Of a stretch of 64,000 bases of DNA, positions 12,338 to 24,000 are shown in pieces. The notes beneath the pieces are model-generated. The model was not told where the DNA came from. It did not search any database and worked only from the letters and a program-made list of their open reading frames with translations. Both the position numbers and the translations under genes were made by a program. The first letter of the stretch is position 1. Every line of letters begins with the position of its first letter. The stretch is from Dimorphilus gyrociliatus (taxonomy: Eukaryota > Animalia > Annelida), in NCBI GenBank assembly GCA_904063045.1, contig CAJFCJ010000009.1, positions 1,096,942 to 1,160,941 of the forward strand, in the 5' to 3' direction.

Positions 12338-12914
12338 ATTTTTTTGTATTTCTCTTCCTTAAATTCCTGTTTTCAATAACGAAATGGCAGTCTTTAGTTT
12401 CATTCAAATAACTTTAAATTAATGTGAAAGCTTTTTATAAGGCTTTTTTTCGACTATTGATTAGTTATTGGCTAATTGACATTGATGTAGGCGTGTCTTA
12501 GAAAGAGAGTATTGTAGTTACTACATCACATAGACTAATCGAAAACAGAGGTACTCTTGGGGATTTTAAAGGGTTCATTAGAGGGTTCTCTAGCGAAGGT
12601 AGTATTTATTTTTAAAAAAAAACACTATTCCTTAGATACTACTAGTCAAAAGATCCAACCATTGACGCCTTGTTGACACATAATCAATGACGCTTCATCT
12701 TAAATTTTTCCGAAATAACTTTCAATTGAATTTCTTTTCTTTCTCGTTTTACTTTAATTCTCTATTCAAATACTAAAAACATTAAACGTTATTGATATTA
12801 TTTCCTTTTTTTTTATATAAAAACAAAATAAATAATATTTATACCAGTAAGAAGATATTTTTACTTTGTCTATAGGCTTACTTAGATATATACTTTTTTT
12901 TGTATATTTTAGGT

Positions 12915-14597
12915 ATGGCTGGTAGAGACGAAATCAAAGCTTTAACAACTTATTTAAAAGGTATTCAAATCGACAAAAATATAGATGATAGTCTATTAGC
13001 TCTAAGAAAGGTAATTAATAACTGAAATTGTATTTATAAAATTGGTAAAATTGTATTAATACCATATTATCGCTCATTTTAGATTTTAAGCTCGAATGCT
13101 AGAGGATTAGATATTACATCTATTCTTCCGATTTGTGTGCAATTTTTAACTAGTCCATCCATAATAGTGAAAAAATTAGTTTGTACTCTTTTAACAAGCC
13201 CAAGGTGTTGTGAAAATGAGGATTATATTATTTTAAGTATTAATACTTTATTAGTTGATTCGTCTTCTCCAAATCCTCAATTACGTGCCTTATGCGTGAG
13301 AACTTTACATAAATTGGCAATAAAATCACCATCAATAGTTGCATCGGTATCTCTACAAGCAGCTTTGAGAGCTTGCAAGGATACTAGCCCTGGAGTAAAG
13401 AGAGCTGGTCTTCTAGCTTTAGCGGATCTTGACTGCGAACGCTTAAACTACGTAGATGATTTATACAGAATGTTCCGAAACGACGATGATATTATTATTA
13501 CAAACTGTATAAGATGTTTATCTAATGTACTCGAGCAACATGGCAACTTAACAGTGCCAAAAGCTTTAGCTTATCACCTATTGAATAGGGTGGAAAAAAT
13601 GGATAGTTTTCAGGTACCAATCTTACTAAATGCTATTAGAAATTATAATGTTAATGAAAAGGATAAAATGGAATTAGTTAATCTTCTAGATCCTCTTTTG
13701 GAAAGACCTAATTTGATTGTTTGTCAAGTTACCTTCTATCTTATGAAGAGATTATTACCAGAATCATCTTACTCCCAATTGGCTACAAGAACGTCAAAAT
13801 TTATATCGAAAATGTTAAATCATCTTCATCCTAATATAACATTATCAAGTATAAAGTTTTTAAAATATTTAGTAGTTGAATATGATCTGAAAAGGAAGTT
13901 TGCGATTACACCAGTTTCTATCAAACCGAATGATTCGAATGTATTGATTATTCATAAGATAAGTTTATTAAATTGTTTAGCTACAGAAGAAAATGGGGGC
14001 CATATTTTAAAAGAACTAACAAACCTATTGAGAAAAACAAATTCTAATAGATTGTTTATGGTAATCGTTAATGAAATATCAACAATGGCTGAGCAAATAC
14101 CATCGATTAAGGAAAAGTGTTTAGATGCACTTTATATGGCAATAAATAATAACACTTGCAATGAAAGTCTTCAAACTATCGTGTTATGCTTTTTACGATT
14201 AAATGCTAGAATTCCAAAATCTACTTTATCTTTGCTAGAAGACTTGTGCCTTAATGGCTCAGTTGATAATTTTGAGCTAATATTCCTTCTTCAGTCTCAG
14301 CATACCGATCAATTGGACACATCACCTTATACTCTTGAAAATTTATTAACTAAATTTAAGGAAAACCAATCAGTATCTTACAGTTCATACTATGCTTTAC
14401 TATTATATGCTGTCAACCTGTTTTTAAAGCGCCCTGCGGAATGTCAATATATTTTGGGTGAAGTTATGGAATTGATAAATAACGGAGGAAATTCAATTTT
14501 AAAAATGAAAATTAAACTGTTATGTCATTTACTAAGTAAAAAAGATATGATTATGATTGGAAAGCTATTTTCCGTACAGAAAACTATTGAAATCTAA
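12915..14597 (+). CDS. AP4B1: AP-4 complex subunit beta, trunk only, about 536 aa; exons 12915-13010, 13083-14597
   Basis: KKLV, INTL..D.S.PNP..RAL, KALAYHLLNR, LVNLLDPLL, RPAECQYILG match AP4B1 rather than beta1/2/3. Confidence 0.82.
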
Positions 14598-14903
14598 TAA
14601 AATTCAATTCGATAAAAATAAATATCGGGATAGTATCTCTCTAGTGTATGCAGTTCTCTGTAATGAAGATTTCAATAAATTGTACATGACTATATTCAGT
14701 ACGAATATTTTATATATATAATACATGAATTCTTTTGTCTTTTATTCTCTATACAAGTAAAGGTTTACTTAAATTAGCGTGTTCGTTTTTTTGTATTTTC
14801 AACTTCTTAAGTTATACTAAATTTAGTTTGTATACACTTGGTTTTTGGAAAGTCAGATGTTGGAAAACTTTCTTCTATATATCAATCGTATTTCTGCTCC
14901 TCA

Positions 14904-15304
14904 TTACTTCTTCCCAGATTTTTTAATACCGCTTCCACCTGAGATAATTAACGTTTTATATATATATATATATTTTTATGCTAGAATATTATTAAATTTT
15001 AGATATTAACCCATAGGTCCTTTTTTAGAAGCTTTTTCCTGCATTTCTTTCAAGGCCTTCTGTTCTTCTTTTTGCTTTTGCTTGAATTTAAGGTCTTCCT
15101 GTTTAAATAGATTAGGATATGTAAAAATTGTTCGGAAAAATATGTTTAGAACAACTATCACTAACATCGTCCATATCTTGTGAATCCTTTTTAGGGTTTT
15201 TAAGTGGTTTTTTTTTTCCTCCTATATAAATTTAATAAAACCGAAATATTATATATTTTGACTAAAATTTTATGGCGTTTTCTTTTACCTTGTCTTCCAG
15301 ACAT
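14904..15304 (-). CDS. TMA7: Translation machinery-associated protein 7, 64 aa; exons 15304-15289, 15221-15166, 15098-15011, 14938-14904 (absent from ORF track)
   Basis: Spliced product [64 protein letters not shown]; all introns GT-AG and in phase. Confidence 0.95.
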
Positions 15305-15640
15305 GTTTAAACTTCCGTTTTATTTATTTATGAGAAATCGAAGAATGAATATGACAGATATTCTGTTTAAAAGGTAATTGTTTCGGCACACGCTATCTCG
15401 AGAACAACGAAATATACTGTAAAAACGCTCGATAAAATACGAGATTTCATTATTAAAACCCAATCTCAACTTTTTCGGGTACCGCATTCCATTTTCAACG
15501 ACACTCGTTCATATTTTAATGCACTAGAAACCATACAGATAGCAGACAAATAGTTCCTATAAAACTTTCCTATCTTTGTATAAGTTTTAGTTAGCGTTAC
15601 CGATCGGACAGAAAGTTAGCACATCACCGTAAGACTTGAC

Positions 15641-18219
15641 ATGGGGTCTGCTAGGAAGAGACCCACAGCTAAGAGTAACGAAAAAGGTAAGATTGTATGC
15701 AAATTCATTATAGCTAGTAAAGATATATCTTCAAGAATATCGACGTGAACTTTGATAAGAACTTAAATGAATAATATTAACTGATAATAATTCGATGATA
15801 ATGCTAAATGTCATTAGAGAAATATTTTACTAAACCTAACAAGTTTTTTTTATATAGTGAACATTTTCTAATGAAATATTTGTTTACAACCTATAAATTC
15901 AAAAAGCGTAGCATCCGCAATTGCATGTCTCTTTGAATATCAATTGTAAATGATGAAATTTAACATCTGTCATTAATAATAATCACATCAGCTCACTCTA
16001 ACACTCTTATATTTAATTTTAAAGCAGTTTAGACACGTAGCAAATGTCTCTTATTGATTATCATGCATATTTTAAGTGATACTTTAAACAAAAAAAGTTT
16101 GCATTTGTTTACAGAAGAGAATAATGGAGTTAAACCTATGAGGAATAAACAAACTACACATAATGCAAGAAAACCTAGAATAAGTCCTACGATATATGCA
16201 ATCTTTCTCTTCCTTATCATCATTTTTAGCGTTGTTGTTTATGTTACATTTTTCAGTGACTCCAAGTCAGGACTTGGTAAGTATTAAAAATTCAATTCTT
16301 TAATATCAACCAGATACCAATGTATATAAATATTACAAGCAGATACTTATTAACGTATCAGGTATTTTAAACATCTGATTATTCAATTTGTGTACGTACT
16401 TTTACCATCTTATATCTGGATGTTAACAAAAAAAATATGGATTAGCACATCCAAATGTGTTCATTGCTTTACGATTTACATGATTAAAAATATACATTCC
16501 ATAGTTTTACGAAGCGGCATATGATTCTTGTCGCCACCTATATATGGCAAATGACACGTTATTTTCTCTGTGAAACAGATAAATATTTATATTCGCATCC
16601 GTCATCCTCCTCCTCCTCCTCCTCCTCTTCTTCTTCTTCTTCTTCTTCTTCTTCTTCTTCTTCCTCTTCATCTATTAATAATAATAATAATAAAAATTCT
16701 AAGGATTCAAAAGACACTAAACGTTCATTGGAAACAAAGGGAAAGCCACAAAAAGTATACAAGTTTGCCGATATCACTAATAAAGAGGATAACAAGATTA
16801 GAAATCTTCTTGATGATGCTGATAAATTACTAAGTGACGTAAGGATCTTAACAAATACTTTTTTTCTTATCTAAATAATTTAGAGCTATTTGATTTCAAT
16901 CTTTTTTTAACTATTATTAATATAATTATCGCTTTACTGTAGGGCAATATCGAAGAAGCTAATAAGAAATTTGATTCTCTCCTTATGAAGTATCCAAGTA
17001 GTCCCAGAGCTAACTATGGCAAAGCCTATTCTCTAGATTTGTTATCTGAGAAAAAACAGAGTAATACTTTATTGGAAGCATCAATATCAGCTTATTCAAA
17101 AATATTAGACTTAGATGATGTACCATCGGTATTATTATTAAAAGCAGGTCTGAGATTGTCCAATAGACAAGAGTTCCGTGGTTGGTCTATAAAATCTGTT
17201 GTTACAATGAAAAAGTTAATTCAAAAATTTCCGGATAAATTGGCGCTCAGAAATAAATTGGGTATAGGCTATATGATGAGTGGGAAAATTGAAGAAGCAA
17301 GAGAGGTTTTCAAAGGTATTTTGCTAAAGGACCCTAACGATGGATGTGCTCTTGTTCATTACGGATTCATTTTGAAAACAACCGATAGAAATCCCAATGA
17401 GTCTATATCATATTTACAAAAAGGAATAGCCAGTAACGATCCGGAAACCCAGCATGGACGGTTTTACTTTCATCTTGGTGACGCTCTTTACAGAGTCAAT
17501 CGGATGGAAGAGGGCATGAAAGTCTACGAAGAAGGGGCAAAAAAAAATATTTTCCTCTCCAAGTGGCAGCGTTCACTTTATAACGTAGATCGTCTGACTG
17601 GTAGACCATGGTGGACATTGGAACAAACAGGTGTAGCCAAACAGCTTGATCATATAGCCAAAAATTGGAAAACTATACGAGACGAGGCTGTAAGTCAAAT
17701 GAATACTAACTCTAATCTTTTCGAAAAAGAAGACGAGGATTTAACAGATACAGGTGAATGGCACCAATTAACTCTTTTTCAAAGAGGTAAAGAGGTTTCA
17801 AAAAATTGTAAAAGAACACCCAAAACCTGTGCTCTATTTTCCGAGTTTTCTGCTGCCACCACGTGTAAAAGAGGTCAAATCAAGTTCTCTATTATGAAGC
17901 CTGGGGTCCACGTTCACCCTCACACTGGCCCAACCAATTGCCGACTTCGTGCTCATTTAGGTCTTATTATACCCGAAGGACCCAAGATAAGAGTTCAAGA
18001 CTCTATTCGGTTAGTTTGTCATTTTTTTAAATAAGATTTTGTTATCAATAAACTTTTTTTCTTTGTAGAGGTTGGAAAGAAGGTGACTGGATCGTATTCG
18101 ATGACTCATTCGAACACGAAGTTTGGCAAAATGGAACCAGCTTAAGAATGGTCCTAATTGTTGACTTTTGGCATCCAGAATTAACATTGAACGAAAAAAA
18201 AGTGCTATCTCCAATATAA
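15641..18219 (+). CDS. ASPH: Aspartyl/asparaginyl beta-hydroxylase, about 577 aa; exons 15641-15686, 16115-16276, 16314-16361 (tentative), 16579-16838, 16943-18009, 18069-18219
   Basis: Type II TM helix, KYPSSPRANYGKA, TPR region, GRFYFHLGDA, HTGPTNCRLRAHLGL, FDDSFEHEVW, VDFWHPEL. Confidence 0.93.
16602..16691 (+). repeat. Coding compound microsatellite (TCC)n(TCT)n(AAT)5, read as Ser24-Ile-Asn5 in ASPH
   Basis: Read directly from sequence; lies in the frame of ASPH exon 16579-16838. Confidence 0.9.
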
Positions 18220-18622
18220 CTTTTTCTCAAGTGTTAAGCCCATCACATTGCTCGAATTCTTTCTTCTCCATTGTTTAGTTGTCAAAATTGAAATCACTAT
18301 ATAAGAAATTTGAAAATTCTTTGTCACAAATTTACATATAAAAATGAAATGTATAGTGGCTTATTAGATAGCTATTACTAATAGTATAATCCTAAAAACC
18401 ATAACAAAATAAATAGCGCTAACTGAATTTAGAGAATGTTATTTAATTTATTCATAAAGGTCATTTAAAATATTCAAATGATGATCAATTAACCTTTAGA
18501 AACGTATCGTAAGCTTTATTCGAAAATAATTCAATGAATTTCCACTTTGAAGTCATGAATGACATTTGTATTTCCCGCCCAAGTATTAGTTGGTTGAATT
18601 TTTCGGCGTCTGCTTTAATCAA

Positions 18623-18632
18623 GTCACGTGAC
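18623..18632. promoter_or_regulatory. Perfect CLEAR-type palindromic E-box GTCACGTGAC about 150 nt upstream of the GALNS ATG
   Basis: Exact match to the TFEB/MITF CLEAR consensus next to a lysosomal enzyme gene; function inferred. Confidence 0.6.
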
Positions 18633-18778
18633 CAAGTAAAATTTAGCTTTGATTGATAATCGACAATTTCCTTAGGAATTATGCTGAGATAATAATCAAA
18701 ATTTAAGCCATATCCTTTTCTATGAATGGTGAAAATATTATTTTTGTTTTGCAACTGACTGGATAAACTAAAGCGGAG

Positions 18779-20686
18779 ATGAAGTATATATTTTTTCTGC
18801 TTCAATTACAAATGGTTTTTTCGAAGAAGCCGAATATCATTGTAATGTTTATGGACGATATGGGTTGGGGAGATTTAGGAATATATGGAAATCCTGCAAG
18901 TGAAACTCCTAACTTGGATAGATTAGCTGAAGAGGGCATTAAATTTACTGATATGTATACGGGTAGCTCCATCTGCTCGCCATCAAGGGCATCATTGTTG
19001 AGCGGAAGATTACCAATAAGAAATGGTTTTTATTCAGATGGTCAATTTGCAAGAGCATCTTACGCTCCTCAAGTTGTGTTGGGTGGTATTTCCGATTCAG
19101 AAGTTTTACTTCCAGAAATTCTTAAAGGAATTTATATAAAATTATATTAATAATTTATCTCAAATCAAATTCTTATCTAAATTCTATTCAAATTCCTTTA
19201 AGAAAATGGATATCAAAATAAAATTGTTGGAAAATGGCATCTAGGTCACAGGGAAAGATATTTACCATTAAATCATGGTTTTCACGAATGGTTCGGGGCA
19301 CCCAACTGCCATTATAAATATGATACAACAGTACAACCAAATATTCCAGTATACAAGAATAGAGAAATGACTGGAAGATATTATCAAGATTACAAAATTG
19401 ATCATAAAACTGGCTTAGGCAATCTCACTCAGTTATATACACAGGAAGCATTAGAATTTATTGAAAGAAAGACTAAGCAAAACGAGAATTTTTTCCTCTA
19501 TTGGGCGCCCGACGCAACTCATACGCCACTCTATGCATCTAAAGAATTCAGAGGTCACTTTATATTTATTAAAAAAAGTTTATTAATTATGCAAAAGTCC
19601 TATTATAGCACGAAAGAGAGAATTGTTTACTTAGGGAAATTGTAAAAATTCTTTTATGGGATATAAAAGTTGGGTCATTTAAGAATACTTCTTTATATAT
19701 GAGTTTGAATTTCTTAAGATTTACATTTCTTTTTAAAAAAAAATATCCATAATTCTCTTTTTAAAGTTGAGAGGAAAACTAGACGATGTAAATAGAACAA
19801 TAAAGATCGTAAACGATTTTCGATAGTTACTGTGAGTATATAGAATTTTTTTGTAGGAAAGTCGAAACGCGGTCTTTATGGAGACGCTATTATGGAAATA
19901 GACGCTGGCGTTGGAAAGATAATGGCTCTTCTTAAGAAACTCGATATCGATAAAAATACTTTCGTTTTTTTTTCTTCCGATAATGGAGCGGCAACATACG
20001 CGTTCACAAATGGCGGGTCCAATGGACCTTTTCTTTGCGGAAAGCAAACAACTTTCGAAGGGGGTTATAGGCAACCGGCATTGGCAAGATTTCCCGGAAA
20101 GATCCCTGCTGGCCAGATAACTAATCAAGTATCTTTGCTTATGGATCTTTTACCAACGATTTTAGATTTTGCCGATATTAAAATGCCAAGAAATCTAACT
20201 TTAGACGGTCAATCAATAAGAAATGTGATGGAAGGAACGTCAAAGGTATATGACAGGGGCGTTTTTTATTATAGGGGAAACGCTTTGTTTAAATCTAGAT
20301 ATGGGTTCTATAAAGCTCACTTTTATACGTGGAACACTCCTGCTGAAGCAATTAAAATTGGCTATCATTATTGCCCAGGTCAACGGATTGAGAATGTCAC
20401 AACCTCTCAGATGACTAACTATACAGACAAACCATTATTGTTTCACCTAGGAAGAGATCCAGGCGAGAAATTTCCAATAGATCCTACCACCGAAGAATAT
20501 CGTATTGGCCTAGCACCAATTTTAAAAATTGTTCAACAGCATAAAGATAAATTGATAAAAGCAAAGCCAGAATTCAATCTCTGTGATTTAGCAATTCAGA
20601 ATTGGGCTCCTAGAGGCTGCGAAAAAATTAACAGATGTATGAAAGCACCGCCATCATACGTTTACAAATGTTTTTGGCCATATTGA
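18779..20686 (+). CDS. GALNS: N-acetylgalactosamine-6-sulfatase, about 509 aa; exons 18779-19127, 19203-19553, 19857-20686
   Basis: Signal peptide, [17 protein letters not shown], formylglycine motif [33 protein letters not shown]-terminal [11 protein letters not shown]. Confidence 0.93.
19128..19202 (+). other. 75-nt non-canonical GA-AG intron
   Basis: AAAG|GAATTT...TTTAAG|AA gives [22 protein letters not shown]; the interval contains no GT or GC and has an in-frame TAA at 19148-19150. Confidence 0.78.
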
Positions 20687-20878
20687 TAAATTAACTATAT
20701 TATTGTTAGTACTAAAGAGAGAATATAGTAAATGTTCAATTGACTTAGAAGTTTAGTGTTTAATAAACTAAAGTGAAAAGAAAAATTCTATATTTTATAT
20801 TATGCAAATCTTTAAATTAATAGATCTATTTAAATTTTGATTCATTTCAAGCACAACACATAAGACTATTGCTAATAT

Positions 20879-23800
20879 CTATGATAGTTCGCCAATAGGT
20901 GCATTAGCCAGCCACAGATCATGAATAAAATTATAAAGACGATCTGACACTGATACTTTGTAGGGAGTCGGATTCAGTGCTCTTTTATGATCTTCTCTTA
21001 TCTTTGCCAATTCTTGCTTTGCATGATTGCGAATATCTATCAAATGTGGTAAATTTTCCTGCAGTTTTTCGTTAGCCCAGTATAATTTGTAAAGAGGCTC
21101 AATTCGAGTAGGTGAGACGTAGGCTCGTTTAGATTCGTGAAAAGGATGTCTGACTAAAACTTTTTCGCCAGCTTTTGGAGCCGGTTCGTCTAATCTTTGC
21201 AAAAGATCCACTAATGCATGGCCATCTTGACTATACAATCTATATACATTCTTTGCACCTGGCATAGTGACTTTTTCGACATCTTCCGACAATTTAATTC
21301 TGGGCAAACCTCCAACTTCAACCAATTTGAATACACATCCCAGTGCAGGCTGCTTTTGACACGTGACTAGATGTGTACCAATACCAAAGCCATCAATAGC
21401 ATGTCCTTGTTGATTAAGAGAATGAATTGTATCCTCATTAATGTCATTACTGGCAATAATCGTTAGATCAGCAAGGTAATCAATTTCTAGTTCCATTGAT
21501 ATTGTCATGAAAGCTCTTCGAACACTATTGGACAAATAGGCTAAATCGCCACTATCCAACCTAACGCCCATCGGTCGGTATCCCAATGAGTGCAGAACCA
21601 AGCTTACAGCCAAGAAATTTGGCATACCACTTCTCTGTACATCGTACGTATCAACCAAACAAAGGAAGGACGAAGGAAAAGAGGCAGCGTATGCAATAAA
21701 GGCGGCTAATTCGCCTTTATTAGTTTCTCCAGGAATTATATTTAATATAGACGAAATCTTTTCCAACCATTCTACTGTTTTTTCAGCAAGATTAACTGAT
21801 TGTGCACCAGTTTTACTCGCCAGAGTTGCGTGCTTTACTTCTTCCAAATTTGTAAAAGACGTCACAAATGCGTGCGCGTGCGTTCCTTTAACAGGAATAT
21901 CAAATAGTTTACCAGCTAAAACATTACTGGTACCATCAAATCCTCCAAGATAACAATATCTGGAAGCAGAAAGACCTCCATCGGGTCCTTGTGCTCTTCT
22001 TAAACCAAACTCTAATAGGGCCTTTTGATTTCCCGCCGCCAAACGAAATCTTGCGGCATTTGTCGCAACTAAGGATGCATAATTTGTCAAATTCAACAAT
22101 GTCGTCTCCAGCAATTGAACAATCGGTAATGGACCCTCAACTCTCATAACAGGTACCTTTGGAAATATCACAGACCCTTCTTCAACTGCGTATAACTTAA
22201 TATCTTTCGTGCTGACAGTTTTGAGGTAGTCAAAAAAAGCTGGTTCAGTTGGTGGAAGGACTGAACGTAGATACTCAATATCACACTCAGAATATCGGAA
22301 ATTTGATAGGAATTTCAGCACCTATTTGTTTTAAAAAAATGAAAGTAAACTTAATCGCGTTTGTAAATATAAATAAACCTCGCTTAAACCAGCGTAAATG
22401 GTAAACTCTCCACCAAACGGATTTTTGCGGAAGAATAAATCGAATACGGCGGTTTCTGACATTTTACCGCTTTTCCAGTAGGCATAAGCCATAGTAATTT
22501 GATAGAGATCTGTTGAATAAGTCAATAAATGAACATGTAGTTTGATAATTATATCATGTAAATTATGTATATTATATGCATGTAGTGTCTTATCCTAGTA
22601 CTGTATAGCAATAATAATAACGACACAAATAGGCTACACATGATTGAAAAAGCAAATGGCTTTAAGCTATTTAAATAACCTAAAATACTAAGAAAATTAC
22701 AAAAACCTATTTAGTTCCTAGGTTTTGTAATTCCCAATAAATATATTATAAATTTTGTCCATTATTGTTTTTATCTAGTTTTTTTGTCAACCAACTAGAT
22801 ATTTATGTATACACAGCATATGTATATATTTATATATCAGAATAAATATATGTATATAAAAGTTCCCAGTCCAATCAAATCATTAATTTCCGAACCTGCA
22901 CAATGACATATATCGATCAAGTAACTTTGAAATTTCTTATTGTTATTTCAGTGTTTATTTCAACAAAAATGCATGTTTTCTTTTTTATTTTATAGTTAAA
23001 GCAACTGTGTTAAAATAAAAAAAATGTTACTTAAAAAAAAGAGAATAAAAATCAGATAAATTCCATTGTTTTATTGTTAAATGAGTTTTAAAAAAAATTT
23101 AACTAGAATGAATTATTTCGCATTAGATTTTATAAATTATCACACTCTTTCACACCACATATATATATATATATATATTTATATGTATAATTCTAAGGAT
23201 TAGCAAATCAATAAATATTCCCCCATGTCATTCTAAAGTAGAATTGTTGTTTATCAGATCGTAAAAGTTGCTAATTTTAAATTTTATATATATTATATTT
23301 TTTTCTTTTTTTTATAAATGTCCCAATTTATAATATTCAAGAAAAGACTTCATTTATTACTGATATTACCAAGACAACATTTCCCCAATCGAAATTACAT
23401 TTTATTACGGAAATCATTTGATTAAATTTGTATAATTACTTATTTACGAAACCAAAAATTGATAGATTTTATTGAAATTTCCCAATTACCGCACGCAAAG
23501 CGCTTTTCCAACCACATCGATTCCGATCAGACGACGAAACGATGCTTGCATAATGAATAAGCTTTGTGATTGATCGCTCAAAAATCGGTTTTACTGGAAA
23601 AAGAAACGCTATTTGACGTTTGTCAACAAACTATTCAAGTTGAAATAGGCCTATTAGTAATGTCGATTCTGTTCGTTATATAAGAATATATGCAACAATA
23701 GTAACATTAATCTTTCAATTAATCGAACCTGGTTTATTCAAGGGAGAGGAGGCTAAATATTGGTAGAATCAAATTACAAAATATTGCATTCAATTCCACT

Positions 23801-24000
23801 GTTAACTGAGCGATATTAAGATGCTTTGTTAAGAAGCTACTCACATTAAAAAACTAGAATGGATTAAAAAATAACTCTCCAATCTAAGGAAGCAATAAAA
23901 AGTATCTTTCAAACTAACCTGTTAGCAAGGGCTGTATTACCCCATTTTGATCAGTATTTGAACATAACTTTTGGACTTTCTTTTCGTTGTCGGTTGCCAT
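20879..24000 (-). CDS. NAPRT: Nicotinate phosphoribosyltransferase, about 551 aa; exons 24000-23919, 22509-22379, 22321-20879
   Basis: First exon MATDNEKK...[10 protein letters not shown]|[12 protein letters not shown] found across a 1.4-kb intron; [30 protein letters not shown]. Confidence 0.93.

Noticed and set aside
16559-16833. Poly-Glu and poly-Pro/Leu ORFs
   Set aside because: Alternative readings of the ASPH microsatellite.
23490-23551. ATG-initiated exon-like segment in NAPRT intron 1
   Set aside because: Ends in phase 2 while NAPRT exon 2 needs phase 1; the phase-1 frame has a stop.
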